Made by a program: the position numbers and the translations under genes
The notes under the pieces: generated by a model
Seen by the model: only the letters and a program-made list of their open reading frames with translations
What the model was told of the DNA's origin: nothing
Databases searched by the model: none
Source: a virus
Taxonomy: Duplodnaviria > Caudoviricetes
Virus record (IMG/VR): IMGVR_UViG_3300032241_000243
Coordinates: 1 to 52,958 of that record
DNA length: 52,958 bases
Reading direction: 5' to 3' (one strand)
In this document: positions 26,092 through 36,098 of the stretch, in pieces
Position numbering within the stretch: position 1 is the first letter of the stretch
Layout of the letters: every line of letters starts with the position of its first letter

Positions 26092-26810
26092 CCTTTCTCC
26101 CTTAAGTCTGACCCAAATATAGGTACACGGATAAACGCTTCGTTGGCAAAACTTGCCATCGCCTCAGAGTAACGTGTCTCCCAGTCCTCAAGTTTAACAT
26201 TTGTTGTAACGATTGTTGGCAAAGCACGATCGTATCTAATACGCAAGATTTCATCAAACGAAGCATCGTCGTACTTGGAACCGTACTCTTTGCCGAGGTC
26301 GTCGATGATAAGGATGCGAACGTTTAGCCAGTCAAACTCTGATCGACCATGTAAGCCATCCAACTTGTCGTTGAGCGACTGCTTCTCTGAGCCTGATGCG
26401 TCGAACGAAGACTTCTTATAAGAAAGAAACTCTGGATAAGTTAAATAGTGTATTGGTCGGCAAGACATGCTGATGTCACTCTGCTTTAACTTTAAGAGAT
26501 TTGCTATACCCGCATCGTCATCTGGCATACGACGAAGGATCTCCATTGCAGCGACTACTGCGTGTGTGGTCTTGCCCAAACCTGGACCGCCATCAAACAG
26601 CATGCCAACACCTGTAGTACCCAGACCACCGATGCTTTTAATAACGTCTCCCTCAAGGACTGTGTCTACCCAGACAGAAATTGGGCGTGGGAAATCCCCT
26701 GTGTGAGCGACTATATCTGAAGGTTCTAGTCCCAGAAACCGTCGAGGGATATTAGACGTACGAAGCAACCAGTTGCGCTTCATCGGTGACAAACTGTTCA
26801 AGTCGTACAC
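26088..26810 (-). CDS. dnaC: DnaC/IstB-like AAA+ ATPase (helicase loader)
   Basis: IPRRF, GGPGLGKT, LIIDDLGKE, R.RYD..LPTIVTTN. Confidence 0.88.
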   Translation of the reverse strand: MYDLNSLSPMKRNWLLRTSNIPRRFLGLEPSDIVAHTGDFPRPISVWVDTVLEGDVIKSIGGLGTTGVGMLFDGGPGLGKTTHAVVAAMEILRRMPDDDAGIANLLKLKQSDISMSCRPIHYLTYPEFLSYKKSSFDASGSEKQSLNDKLDGLHGRSEFDWLNVRILIIDDLGKEYGSKYDDASFDEILRIRYDRALPTIVTTNVKLEDWETRYSEAMASFANEAFIRVPIFGSDLREKG

Positions 26811-27196
26811 TACCTCTTGCCTCCCAAGTAATCTGCGATGTATGACAACTGCGTAGCGATCTCTAGCATAGCGGCTGCTTGTTGAGCCATAGCGTCTGCC
26901 TGCATTAATTCCGCTACTGCTTTTACGGCCTCAGATCCCAAACTACGAGCCATGTGTAGTGACTCATCGATAACTTTCTTTTGACGAGTTGACCACGGAA
27001 TCTCTCGGTTAGGGGAAGGTTGTAATCCTTGAACCCCCACAGGAGCAGTCAGACCATTCATTGGGTTTCGGTTTATACCCTGCGTACTGCCCTGCACACC
27101 TTGAAGGGATCCTGTGGTTGGAAATGGCGCCCTGTGATTAGCCAAAGCCTGCTCAATCGTAGGGCTTAATAGATCGGGTTTTCTTTTTAGTCTCAC
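26810..27196 (-). CDS. Hypothetical protein
   Basis: 128 aa; G-rich RBS; GTG start. Confidence 0.65.
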   Translation of the reverse strand: MRLKRKPDLLSPTIEQALANHRAPFPTTGSLQGVQGSTQGINRNPMNGLTAPVGVQGLQPSPNREIPWSTRQKKVIDESLHMARSLGSEAVKAVAELMQADAMAQQAAAMLEIATQLSYIADYLGGKR

Positions 27197-27219
27197 GCTG
27201 TACCCCCCCTCAGAGATAG

Positions 27220-27543
27220 TTACTTGTTTAGGTATCCTTCACGGATTGCTTCTAAAGCATCTACATCCTGCTTGTACTTAAGTTCACCTGTAAAAGATAC
27301 AACCTTAGCAACGCCATCAACGTTACCTTCAAGTGGTACCCACTTAATTGACTTACGGGGTGTGTAGTCATTGACGATCACTTTGGCACGACGCTTTGCT
27401 GCTGATGCGTTCTTGTACGCTTCGAATGCTCCAAAGTTCAAACCATCAGCGCCACCAATTGACCAGTGAAGCAACCATGCTCCACCGCTTGCGCTGTTTA
27501 GGACAATACTCATGTTGCATGTTACGTCTGTCTTCTTAGCCAT
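27220..27543 (-). CDS. Hypothetical protein
   Basis: 107 aa; AAGGAGG RBS; AYKNASAAKR. Confidence 0.7.
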   Translation of the reverse strand: MAKKTDVTCNMSIVLNSASGGAWLLHWSIGGADGLNFGAFEAYKNASAAKRRAKVIVNDYTPRKSIKWVPLEGNVDGVAKVVSFTGELKYKQDVDALEAIREGYLNK

Positions 27544-28531
27544 CTTTGTTTGCCTCCTTTAGGCGGTCTTCGTAGCGCTTATACGCGGCACGTCCTGCAA
27601 TCGTTCTATCAAACTCTGTGCCATCACTGGCTACTAACTTAGTGGGCTGGACTGTAGCACCTACTGGTTGGGTTTCGTCAAACTTTTTGCTGGTAACTGA
27701 TGAAAGCCCAAGATTCTGTCGAGCCTTGTTCATGTTGCGGTTGAAGGATGCAAGGTACTTCTTGTAGAGGAAACCTCCGTCGTCGCCTACTCCGCGGAAG
27801 TTATCAGGGTCTGCCATGAACAACCGCATCAACTCTAACTCAATGACGGCGGTTGTGTGGAAGTCTCTGCGGTACTTGCTCAGTGCTCCTGCGAGATCTC
27901 TGACCTTAACGGTTCCTGGGAGAAGTGGGTACTTACGCCCGATGAGGAATGAGAACTCAGATGCAACATCCATGGGAGTCCATTCGTGCTCTGGTCGCTT
28001 GCCCCGAGTCTTAGGGTCGTTCTTCGAGAACTTCTGCGCTGGGGACGCTTTTGGTTCGACAAGTCCAAAACCTGCCAAATCGTCTCCATCATCTTCATAT
28101 TTTCTCACAAGTACGAGGGGTCCTTCCTCGGAAACCTTTGGGTTTCCAATATCTTTTATTTGATTATATGTTTTGTTATTAGGTACTAATGACATATCTA
28201 CAGTATTACTACGTGTACTAATAGTCACCTTATCATGTGAGGTGCGGTCACCAGTGACAGGGTGTCTGTCACCCATGACAGGCAGGTATTCATTCACGCC
28301 TAGGTATCCGTTAGCCCGCTTGGTACGGCGAACCACAAGGTAGCCAGAAGTCTCCAATGACTTTATAGCCCTTCTAACGGTGCTGTCGCTGGCTTTTGGT
28401 AGCAAACCCTGTATTTCGGCTACAGAAGCCTTGTAGACCCCTTCAGAGCCTGATTTAAGGCATATAAGACCAAGAAGCCTGACGGCAAAATCGCTGAGAT
28501 CGGATGTGAACGCGCCCTCTGGAATGATCAT
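27536..28531 (-). CDS. Replication initiator with an N-terminal winged HTH
   Basis: DLSDFAVRL...SVAEI...SDSTVRRAIKSLETSGYL..RR...N.Y; lies upstream of the DnaC-like gene; start at MIIPEG (ATGA overlap). Confidence 0.7.
   Translation of the reverse strand: MIIPEGAFTSDLSDFAVRLLGLICLKSGSEGVYKASVAEIQGLLPKASDSTVRRAIKSLETSGYLVVRRTKRANGYLGVNEYLPVMGDRHPVTGDRTSHDKVTISTRSNTVDMSLVPNNKTYNQIKDIGNPKVSEEGPLVLVRKYEDDGDDLAGFGLVEPKASPAQKFSKNDPKTRGKRPEHEWTPMDVASEFSFLIGRKYPLLPGTVKVRDLAGALSKYRRDFHTTAVIELELMRLFMADPDNFRGVGDDGGFLYKKYLASFNRNMNKARQNLGLSSVTSKKFDETQPVGATVQPTKLVASDGTEFDRTIAGRAAYKRYEDRLKEANKDG
28149..28282. repeat. Putative replication origin: iteron-like repeats next to an AT-rich tract inside the initiator gene
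   Basis: GTCACCnnTGACAGG twice at a 21-bp period (28247, 28268), a third GTCACC at 28224, AT-rich tract at about 28149-28195. Confidence 0.6.
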
Positions 28532-29133
28532 TCGTCGAAGTCCTCGTCGTCCTCGCCGTCCTCGTCTAGGATGTGATTGATCCAAGCCTCTTCTTCCATG
28601 CTCTCAGCAGTCTCACGGAGAACCCTCATGACCTTGGCGGCTACATACGACCCCATCAGTTCGACAATGTCGCCCATGGCATCTTGGATAACCTCCAACA
28701 ATGCCTCTTCAGGATCTTCGTCCCCGTCATCCACAATGATGAGTTCAAGTTCTCCCATAATGTTCCAAGCGTCTACCCCATAGTCCTCTACAGAGTGCAA
28801 GGCTTCGTGGCATTCCAGAGAATCATCCCATGCGATCGCAAAGATGTCGTGTGCCTCAACTTGCTTGATGACTTCCTTAGTTGGATCTACTGCGCTAGTA
28901 AATGTCCCTAACTCATTTGTCACTTCTGGAAGTTCAAGAGCCGAAGAATAGTAAGCGTGGTACTTAACCTTGTGCTCATTGATGACCTTCATGACGCTGT
29001 CATAAAACGTCAAGTTGTCGTTCATTGCAAAGACAATCAGTGGCTCTGGAAACATGGTTACCAGATCTGCAACTGCAGCAGAAACATCTACGTCTTTAAA
29101 TGAAACTATGTTTATACGTGTCATGTCACTCAT
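28528..29133 (-). CDS. Hypothetical acidic protein
   Basis: 201 aa; IAWDDS..CH...EDYG. Confidence 0.7.
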   Translation of the reverse strand: MSDMTRINIVSFKDVDVSAAVADLVTMFPEPLIVFAMNDNLTFYDSVMKVINEHKVKYHAYYSSALELPEVTNELGTFTSAVDPTKEVIKQVEAHDIFAIAWDDSLECHEALHSVEDYGVDAWNIMGELELIIVDDGDEDPEEALLEVIQDAMGDIVELMGSYVAAKVMRVLRETAESMEEEAWINHILDEDGEDDEDFDE

Positions 29134-29423
29134 GGCAACGTCGGCATCTGCGGTAGACGGCGGCGAGGTGCTTGAGGGACTGTTGTAGGTTTATTAAGCC
29201 ACTTGATAATGACTACTGAGACAAATGTAGATGCTGGAACAGCAACGATAAGTTGTTTATCCCAATACCCAAGTGAGTAGAGGCCACCAAAACTTAACGG
29301 TAGAGTCAAATACTTTTGACCAAAGTTAGTTCCAAAGTAATCAAAAGATAGAAGACCTAGGAACTCAACAACGTAAGGTACTGCTATGCCTGTGACGGCT
29401 ATTGATATGAGTAGGTTAACCAT
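29130..29423 (-). CDS. Small membrane protein with 2-3 TM segments, holin-like
   Basis: Hydrophobic segments plus a basic C-terminal tail; follows the tail module; leaderless start (TAGTAT-N7-ATG). Confidence 0.55.
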   Translation of the reverse strand: MVNLLISIAVTGIAVPYVVEFLGLLSFDYFGTNFGQKYLTLPLSFGGLYSLGYWDKQLIVAVPASTFVSVVIIKWLNKPTTVPQAPRRRLPQMPTLP

Positions 29424-29433
29424 GGCCCGCATA

Positions 29434-31617
29434 CTACACGGTCAGGCTGGTGTACCCCACTCCTTCATAGGATCGAATTCGCCAAAACGAGTTCATAGGA
29501 ACCCAGTTATTGAGCGTGTTGGCTAGGCGTGTCATCTTAAGAGCCTTGCTGTAATAGACGTAAGACGGGGAGTTGTTCACCGTTCCTCCCCAAACAGCGC
29601 CAAAAGACTCTGGAAGAGATCCGTCAAAGTAGTCAGTAGGAGAGTAGGTCTGCTCCAACTGTACTCCGTCAATGTAGAACGTTCCCGTAGAGCCACTGAT
29701 CTTCATCTGGAGTGTGGTTCCTGTGGAGTTTGGTGGTACAAGTAAATAAACATTAGAGCGCTCAAAAGAACTTGAGATTGGAATTGTAACGCTGTTGGTA
29801 TCGACCACTGTGCTTCCATTAAGCGTTTCAAGAGTAAGTGTTACAGGCGCTGTGTTCTCAAGATAAAGAGAAGCGTTGAAGTATTGGCCGTATTGTCCAG
29901 AAGTCAAAGTTACAGAGTTGGGCTTGTATGTCCATGACCCTGTGCCAATGATTTTTGCACTGTGAGTTCCTGCAAGGATTGTGTCAGGAACAGACGTTGC
30001 TTGAGATGCGGTCGCAGACCCATTAAGTGTCCAAGAGTCTGTAACGTTTACTTCAAAAGAAGGGTTGTGTATGTAGTTAGTTTTATTTGGGTATAGAAAC
30101 ACCTCTGTAGTAACCGCATCATCGTATGTGATTGAATCACCTTGTTCTAAGCAAACCATGTCTACGTAGTAGGTACCAGCAGCAGACCATGCAAGAGTGA
30201 TACCTACGTAGTCGGCATCATCAGAGTTGTTTGTTACATATCCAGGTGTACTAGTTGTTCCTGTTGTTGAGTTAGCAATAACAAAGGTTGTAGGTGTAGG
30301 TACCGAAGTAACAGTAAGGTCAGTTCCATTAAAGGCTGTGATATCTAAACCTGTAATAGTCACGGTATTACCTGCAAAGATTCCGTGAGCAGAAGGTGTT
30401 GTGTATGTAACGTAACCACCCGCACCAGTTGCAGATAAGACTGCAGAGGTAGCATAACTTGATGGGGTGGCAGTAAGGCTTACATTGGACCAAGTACTTG
30501 TAGCATTGTGTGCTGTACCTGTTGTTGTTCCGATAAGGTTTCCATAACCATCATAAGTAGTGATAGAGGGAGTTATAGTTCCAGCGCTACTGGCTGAGTA
30601 AATTTGAACACTCATGGTGACATCAGGAGAGCCCACGTAATTGTCGATTGAGATACCGCGAGTAATAGGGAAGTCATTTCCAAGACTCATGTGTCCAGCA
30701 CCTGATGCTACGATCTTGCAAGTGTAAGTTGTGTCAACAGCATTTGATACAACTGGAGGAGTAATATCGGTTGAAGACGTAATGGTCCCACCAGTTGCTA
30801 CCCAGTTACCAGTTCCTTTATAAAACGTGTTGTCTTGAACTGACAGCATGGCATTTAAAGAAGGAGTGATAGTTGCTGGATATCCAGTAAGATCCTGAAC
30901 GTATGTTTGAAGACCATTGCTGGTCCCTTTAACTGTATACGTGTAGATTGCATCTCTAACAAGTTTCTTTTGGTTTTTATAGGGCAAACTTACTTCAGGT
31001 GTTTGTCCGTAGTTACTGCTTTCAATAGGTAACAAAGATACAGGTGTGTTAGTTAGAGTCGCATTTGGTTGAAGAAGATCGACAGATGTAAGTAATTCAT
31101 CAATAATAAAACCTGCAGAACTTAAGAACTGGTATAGGTCTGAAGTTTTATCGACCTCAGCAAGAGGACTTTGCTCTGCACTAGTAAAAACTCTAGGTAA
31201 ATAATTTATGATGGCATCTTGCATACCGTGGTCTGAAGGAATGATGTCTTGAACGCTTCCAGCGTTTACCCACTCGTTATCTGAGTCAAGCAAGAACATG
31301 GTGTAATAAATAGGCTTACCAGGAACGATTGCTACACCAGAGGTATCCTCGATACCCCCTCCGTCATTGAAGGCTGTCTTAGTAACACTAGAGGTTACCT
31401 GAGACCAAACTGTGACGCCGTCCTCCTGGTTTTCTGAAAAAGCGTTTTGGTTACGAACAAGGCGTGCTTGAGAGTATTCTCCCCCTGGTACATTCCAGTA
31501 AACGTAACACTGAGTGTAATTTACGACAAGGGTAGTCATCGGAGAAACTGACAGCGTTGAGGCTGGAGTTGATCCGTAAGTACTTAGACCATATATGGCA
31601 TTGCCGTATTGAGCCAT
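29434..31617 (-). CDS. Baseplate wedge / tail protein (P2 gpI-like core) with galactose-binding-like (CBM-like) domains
   Basis: YLPRVF...DLYQFL...Y..KGT..GL; N.SFE...W and YIDGVQLE...YFDG modules. Confidence 0.7.
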   Translation of the reverse strand: MAQYGNAIYGLSTYGSTPASTLSVSPMTTLVVNYTQCYVYWNVPGGEYSQARLVRNQNAFSENQEDGVTVWSQVTSSVTKTAFNDGGGIEDTSGVAIVPGKPIYYTMFLLDSDNEWVNAGSVQDIIPSDHGMQDAIINYLPRVFTSAEQSPLAEVDKTSDLYQFLSSAGFIIDELLTSVDLLQPNATLTNTPVSLLPIESSNYGQTPEVSLPYKNQKKLVRDAIYTYTVKGTSNGLQTYVQDLTGYPATITPSLNAMLSVQDNTFYKGTGNWVATGGTITSSTDITPPVVSNAVDTTYTCKIVASGAGHMSLGNDFPITRGISIDNYVGSPDVTMSVQIYSASSAGTITPSITTYDGYGNLIGTTTGTAHNATSTWSNVSLTATPSSYATSAVLSATGAGGYVTYTTPSAHGIFAGNTVTITGLDITAFNGTDLTVTSVPTPTTFVIANSTTGTTSTPGYVTNNSDDADYVGITLAWSAAGTYYVDMVCLEQGDSITYDDAVTTEVFLYPNKTNYIHNPSFEVNVTDSWTLNGSATASQATSVPDTILAGTHSAKIIGTGSWTYKPNSVTLTSGQYGQYFNASLYLENTAPVTLTLETLNGSTVVDTNSVTIPISSSFERSNVYLLVPPNSTGTTLQMKISGSTGTFYIDGVQLEQTYSPTDYFDGSLPESFGAVWGGTVNNSPSYVYYSKALKMTRLANTLNNWVPMNSFWRIRSYEGVGYTSLTV

Positions 31618-31623
31618 TTAGAT

Positions 31624-32055
31624 TTACAACGCCCCCATCAAGTTCAAGACTCCAAGTGAAGACCTTTCTAAATTAGTAATTCCAGAGCCTTCTCCTGTGA
31701 TAGAGCCAGAAACAGTTAGGCTGGTTAAGGTACCAACACTGGTAAGGCTAGAAGTAACAACTGTGGAACTCAGGGTAGTGCCTGTAAGACCAGAAGCGGC
31801 TACCGTTCCAGTAAGGGCGTTGTTTAGGCCGTACTCAATGTTTTGGACACGGGCAGCAAGACTTGCCCAGGTGGTGGTGCTGGTCGTAAAAGAGCCAGAC
31901 CAACCTGCACTGATGTGCGGGTTAGCACCTAGGTAAGTTTCTACCGCAGTAATCTCGTCTTGAAGATCATTGACGTCTATGTTTTCTACAGTGTTAATGA
32001 AGTTCTGTTTGACGCTGAAGTTATTGCGTATGTTCGATGGGTAGTACGCTGTCAC
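31624..32055 (-). CDS. Short tail-fibre-like structural protein
   Basis: YPS...VNDLQDEI.AVE..LG, VTSSLTSVGTLTSLTV repeat, C-terminal LMGAL. Confidence 0.55.
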   Translation of the reverse strand: MTAYYPSNIRNNFSVKQNFINTVENIDVNDLQDEITAVETYLGANPHISAGWSGSFTTSTTTWASLAARVQNIEYGLNNALTGTVAASGLTGTTLSSTVVTSSLTSVGTLTSLTVSGSITGEGSGITNLERSSLGVLNLMGAL

Positions 32056-32120
32056 GAAACGTCCTTTCTATCTTAAGTCCCTATTTTCGGGGTTTTGCCT
32101 CTCAATTACTGGCTGAACTA

Positions 32121-32672
32121 CTACCAACTACTGCTGTCTGTTCCGATGCGAACCCATGAGTTAGTCGCGATACAGAAATAAACATAGGTTGTACCAGAAA
32201 CCGTGCCTACAGCAAAGTCTCCTTTAGTACCTGTAGAAGTCTTGTGTGCAGGTGGTGACGCTACAAACCTCAGTGCACCTTTTGCTATACCGATCAAACT
32301 GCTTGTTAAATCAAGTTCTTGTGTTCCGTCTGCTTTTGACGTAACTGTGATTACGTCGGTGTATCCAGATAATGAAACAGAGTTACTTAGTGGTTGTAAG
32401 TAAACGGCCTTATTGTTTCCTTGGTTTTTTCCAAAAGACCCGTGCCAAATAGGGTGCTCGGGGTCTCCTCCAATGTAGGAGACCCAAACTCCCTGACCTA
32501 CCACTGGAACTGCGGTGTGCACGCCTGCTGGATCTACAGGCCATACCCAGTCAGTAGTTTCCGACCCCGTTACTTGGGGTACGGATACTTGAAGCCTTCT
32601 TTGGCTCTCTGGATCAACGTTGTTTTTGACAACGCCACGGTACATACCATGAAATCTTTTTATATCATTCAT
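32121..32672 (-). CDS. Baseplate spike OB-fold protein (gp5/VgrG/gpV N-terminal-like)
   Basis: G.YRGVV.NN.DP....RLQV.VP...WV.P...P.VG..VWV.Y.GGDP..PIW.G. Confidence 0.88.
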   Translation of the reverse strand: MNDIKRFHGMYRGVVKNNVDPESQRRLQVSVPQVTGSETTDWVWPVDPAGVHTAVPVVGQGVWVSYIGGDPEHPIWHGSFGKNQGNNKAVYLQPLSNSVSLSGYTDVITVTSKADGTQELDLTSSLIGIAKGALRFVASPPAHKTSTGTKGDFAVGTVSGTTYVYFCIATNSWVRIGTDSSSW

Positions 32673-32674
32673 CT

Positions 32675-34432
32675 TTAAAGTGTGATGTTAGATTGTTGTA
32701 GTCTAAAAATTTCGTATGGGGCACCCTGTTGCGTTCCGTACCCTGTAACAGTTCCTGTTCCAGTAGTTGCCGAAGTGGTAGTTCCAGCAACAGTGAAGGA
32801 ATTCAAACCACCTACCGCAGTAACTGTGGCGTTAGTGACGTTGTACCCAGAGGTTGAGAAACCAGTAATTGTTACCACGCTACCAACCGAAAGTCCGTGG
32901 TTAGTAGACGTTGTATAAGTCATTGCTGTTCCAGAGCCTGTAACTCTAGTTGCGCTGATGTTTGCACGGTAGAACGTGGTTACTGTTGCCGTTCTAACTT
33001 CTGGAACGTTGTTCACGATGAGTTGAGAAACATCTGAAGGATAGATGGTGTCCCCAAAGTTCATACCAACGTAGTTAAAAGCAGACAACAAAGTGTTGAG
33101 AATGTTGGTTTGTGCTGTAGCATCGACAGCAGAAGGATACAAGACGTAACTTATACCTAACACAAGGTCTACATAAACTGGTGGTTGAATTGTTAGGTTA
33201 GTTCCTATTAAAGTTTTGTCTGCTAAAAATGTAGTGATATTAGATTGAAGCGTTGTAAACTCAGTTGTTTCAGAGCCGTTGTTATCTAGACCTGGTTGTA
33301 TATCAATAGTCCCAGGTTGACGAACAGGTGCTACGTACAAGGTTACAGAGGTCCATGCTTCAGCAACTGCGTTTGCTTTTCCACAGTTTGTAACTGTTAA
33401 AGCAAGGTCACTAAAATCACTAGTAGTAATGGCACGGTTTCCAGCCCGTAAAGTTGCAGGGGCACCTTGACGAATTGAATCGTTTGTCTCTGGGTCGTCT
33501 CCTCCAAAAGCGTTACTGTTATTAGTAACAGTTACACTGGATTGAAGAGCAGTTGTTTGAGAATCAGACAATCCAGGTACGTATGTAATAGTAGTCAATA
33601 CTCCAGGATTAACGTTGGTTATTGATCCACCACCTACGCTGTACATCGCTCGTACTTCTGAGTAAGTTACAGGGATAGATCCTGCAACTCCATCTCCAAA
33701 GTTAACTGAGACTAAGTTGTTCTCATCGGTAGACAGCGTGTAGACAAGATCGTTTGGACCGTAGTCAGTTAAGTGTGTTACTTGAGTCCATTGAGAGTAA
33801 ACATCTCCGTCTTGAATGTATATGGTAGTCGATCCATCTACTACAGGTGACTGTAAGAAAGCAAAGGACTGATTAGGAGTACCATCAGATGTACCAACTA
33901 ACTCTCCGTAATTAGCGATAGCATAACTTGATACTAGGTCTACGGTTTGGCCTGAAGAGACAGCAGAATCTGCGCTGGAACCAGCGGGAACGGTGACATC
34001 AGCAATCGTAGAAAAGTAAACAGTCTCTACACTTCCACTTACTGACACCTGTCCAGAAACAACGGTTCCGCCAGGAATAGTAATGTCTGATCCAGACGAG
34101 TTAGTAAACGTAACGTCTGTGTAGGCTGGTCTGTAGCCAGAGGTTTGATACCCGTAAATTTGAGAGATGTTCAGGATGCTCTGTCGTTGGGTGGCTGTAA
34201 GGATAGATGACTCATTAGCACTTCGGTCAATGTAGTAAGAGATAACGTCTCCTACATAAGCAAATGCTTCTACTAAAGCCAACCCAAAATCAGAAGGATC
34301 AGTTGCAGCCCAGTTAGGTAGGCGGTTCTGAATGACAGAGATCAGGTCGCTTCTAATAGAGGTAAAATCACGCGACAAGTAATCGATAGAAGTAGGGATA
34401 CTTGATACTGGGACGTTTTGTTGTGTTGTCAT
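32675..34432 (-). CDS. Baseplate J / gp6-like wedge protein
   Basis: IDY.SRDF, W...DPSDFG.ALVE.FAY, V.FGDGV.G.IP, GG.DPE, RAIT..DF. Confidence 0.92.
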   Translation of the reverse strand: MTTQQNVPVSSIPTSIDYLSRDFTSIRSDLISVIQNRLPNWAATDPSDFGLALVEAFAYVGDVISYYIDRSANESSILTATQRQSILNISQIYGYQTSGYRPAYTDVTFTNSSGSDITIPGGTVVSGQVSVSGSVETVYFSTIADVTVPAGSSADSAVSSGQTVDLVSSYAIANYGELVGTSDGTPNQSFAFLQSPVVDGSTTIYIQDGDVYSQWTQVTHLTDYGPNDLVYTLSTDENNLVSVNFGDGVAGSIPVTYSEVRAMYSVGGGSITNVNPGVLTTITYVPGLSDSQTTALQSSVTVTNNSNAFGGDDPETNDSIRQGAPATLRAGNRAITTSDFSDLALTVTNCGKANAVAEAWTSVTLYVAPVRQPGTIDIQPGLDNNGSETTEFTTLQSNITTFLADKTLIGTNLTIQPPVYVDLVLGISYVLYPSAVDATAQTNILNTLLSAFNYVGMNFGDTIYPSDVSQLIVNNVPEVRTATVTTFYRANISATRVTGSGTAMTYTTSTNHGLSVGSVVTITGFSTSGYNVTNATVTAVGGLNSFTVAGTTTSATTGTGTVTGYGTQQGAPYEIFRLQQSNITL

Positions 34433-34842
34433 AGTGTTACCTCATAACTTGGATTAGAACCTGATAGTGCAATAATTCCTAGGGTTGTAGTTGTTGAAGT
34501 GCTGTTTGGCAGAGTGTAAACAACCGATATGTTTATTGATCCAGAGGTGTAATCAAAAGCCACATCAATGCTTTGTACTGTTAGTGCGCTTAAAAATAAA
34601 GCAAATGCCTTAGTCACTTCTGCTTTTACCTCTGCCTCAGCACTGTCAGAGTTCTCAAAAAGTGCGTAAGGAATCAAGGTACCAAAATTAGGTAGAAGAA
34701 GCCTTTCTCTAACAGTAGTTCCCAGGACAGATAGAACTCTGTCTTCCCAAATCTTTGTCTGAGTGTTTGCTACAGCCACTTTTCCAGAAACATCAATAGA
34801 AAACGGAAGAGCAATTGCTGACTCTGAAAGCATAATAGCCAT
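34429..34842 (-). CDS. gp25/gpW-like baseplate wedge protein
   Basis: LPFS, VLGT..RER...PNFG.LI..LFE. Confidence 0.85.
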   Translation of the reverse strand: MAIMLSESAIALPFSIDVSGKVAVANTQTKIWEDRVLSVLGTTVRERLLLPNFGTLIPYALFENSDSAEAEVKAEVTKAFALFLSALTVQSIDVAFDYTSGSINISVVYTLPNSTSTTTTLGIIALSGSNPSYEVTL

Positions 34843-36098
34843 TAGTTACTTACCCACCTTCTAGGAAGAATTTTGAAACCTGTGTTTGATTGGCTTAGCA
34901 TTGCTGCTGTAGAACTAAGTTTAGTAGGTTTAGGCTTGACATTTGAGGCTGTACTAATAGAACTTGCTACATTTATCGCAGACGTGATGCCTGCATTAAC
35001 TGGTCGAGTTACAGATGGTTGGTTTGAGTTTATGCCGTCTGTTGCGCAGGTAAAACTTACTTGGTATTTACCATTGAGGTCTATGGAATGCTCTGCACTT
35101 TTAACAATCCAGTATCCATCCGAAGAAGAGCCTGTCCCTCTAATTTCAACAGTGCCCCAAGGAGATATGCGAGGATCGCCTTGACCTTCTCCCATTCCTG
35201 GGATAGCAAGTCTGGATAACTGGGCTTTAGCATCTGATAAAGACTTAGCCATAGCAGAACTGTTTGCAACAGTCCCCGCTTCTATCTGAGAGAACAACGG
35301 GTCTTTTGTAGTTTGCCTTAAGGACTGCCCTACCTTGTTGGGGGAAGAGGTAGCCGTGTAGGGTGTAGAGGTTATAGGGTCAACACCTGCAACTACTTTT
35401 GTAGATCTGTTGTTTTTGTCAGACTCAACATAGTCTCCAAGTTTTGAAGTAAATGAGTTAAGGGTCTGAACGTAAGTATGCGCGTTGTTATTAGTAAATG
35501 GGTCTTTAAAAGACATTACAGGAATAGACGTCATGAACTGATCAATCATTTTGTCAATAGGATGAAAGTGAAGATCAGTGTTTAGTACCTGAAAAGCGTA
35601 GCCAATACGGTCGGCTAACTCATTTAACTTTTCAAAATAAGAGTGTCCTGCTAAAGACTGTTGACCGTATCGTATATTGCTTGGAGTTACTATCGGGTTA
35701 AGATTAAACTTTTTTGCAATATCAATAGCAATCTCATCTGCCGTGCTGTTGGTCCAAATCTTAGACTCTTTATCCTTTAGAGGGTATGATGCACCTGTGC
35801 ACTCGATAGTTACTGTTCTATTTAAAATTTGTGAGACTGGGTATGTAACATGAGATACATATCCGTAAAAGGTTTTGCTTACCTTGTCATTGCTCCAGGT
35901 AAACTGGACAGGGGTACCCGTAGTCAATGTTTTAATTAAAAATGCACTTGAGTATTGGAACGTCATTCTTAAGATATCATGACTACCCATCTCTTGGTAC
36001 AAAACTGCAGACCTAGGCTTCGTAGTAAAGTTAGGGTAATCAGGAAAACTGCAGGTAAAAGAGTTACCGTACTTTAACTGGCGTTCTGGATCAAGCAT
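34842..36098 (-). CDS. Baseplate hub protein (gp27/gpD-like)
   Basis: F.GYV, I.C.G, IA..F.L, Q.....S.FE.L..LA.RIGY, GDPRI.P...V...G...DGYW.V..A.H. Confidence 0.8.
   Translation of the reverse strand: MLDPERQLKYGNSFTCSFPDYPNFTTKPRSAVLYQEMGSHDILRMTFQYSSAFLIKTLTTGTPVQFTWSNDKVSKTFYGYVSHVTYPVSQILNRTVTIECTGASYPLKDKESKIWTNSTADEIAIDIAKKFNLNPIVTPSNIRYGQQSLAGHSYFEKLNELADRIGYAFQVLNTDLHFHPIDKMIDQFMTSIPVMSFKDPFTNNNAHTYVQTLNSFTSKLGDYVESDKNNRSTKVVAGVDPITSTPYTATSSPNKVGQSLRQTTKDPLFSQIEAGTVANSSAMAKSLSDAKAQLSRLAIPGMGEGQGDPRISPWGTVEIRGTGSSSDGYWIVKSAEHSIDLNGKYQVSFTCATDGINSNQPSVTRPVNAGITSAINVASSISTASNVKPKPTKLSSTAAMLSQSNTGFKILPRRWVSN

Noticed and set aside
26088-26810. IS21 element (IstB-like ATPase)
   Set aside because: No IstA transposase or terminal inverted repeats; its position between initiator and DnaB indicates a helicase loader.
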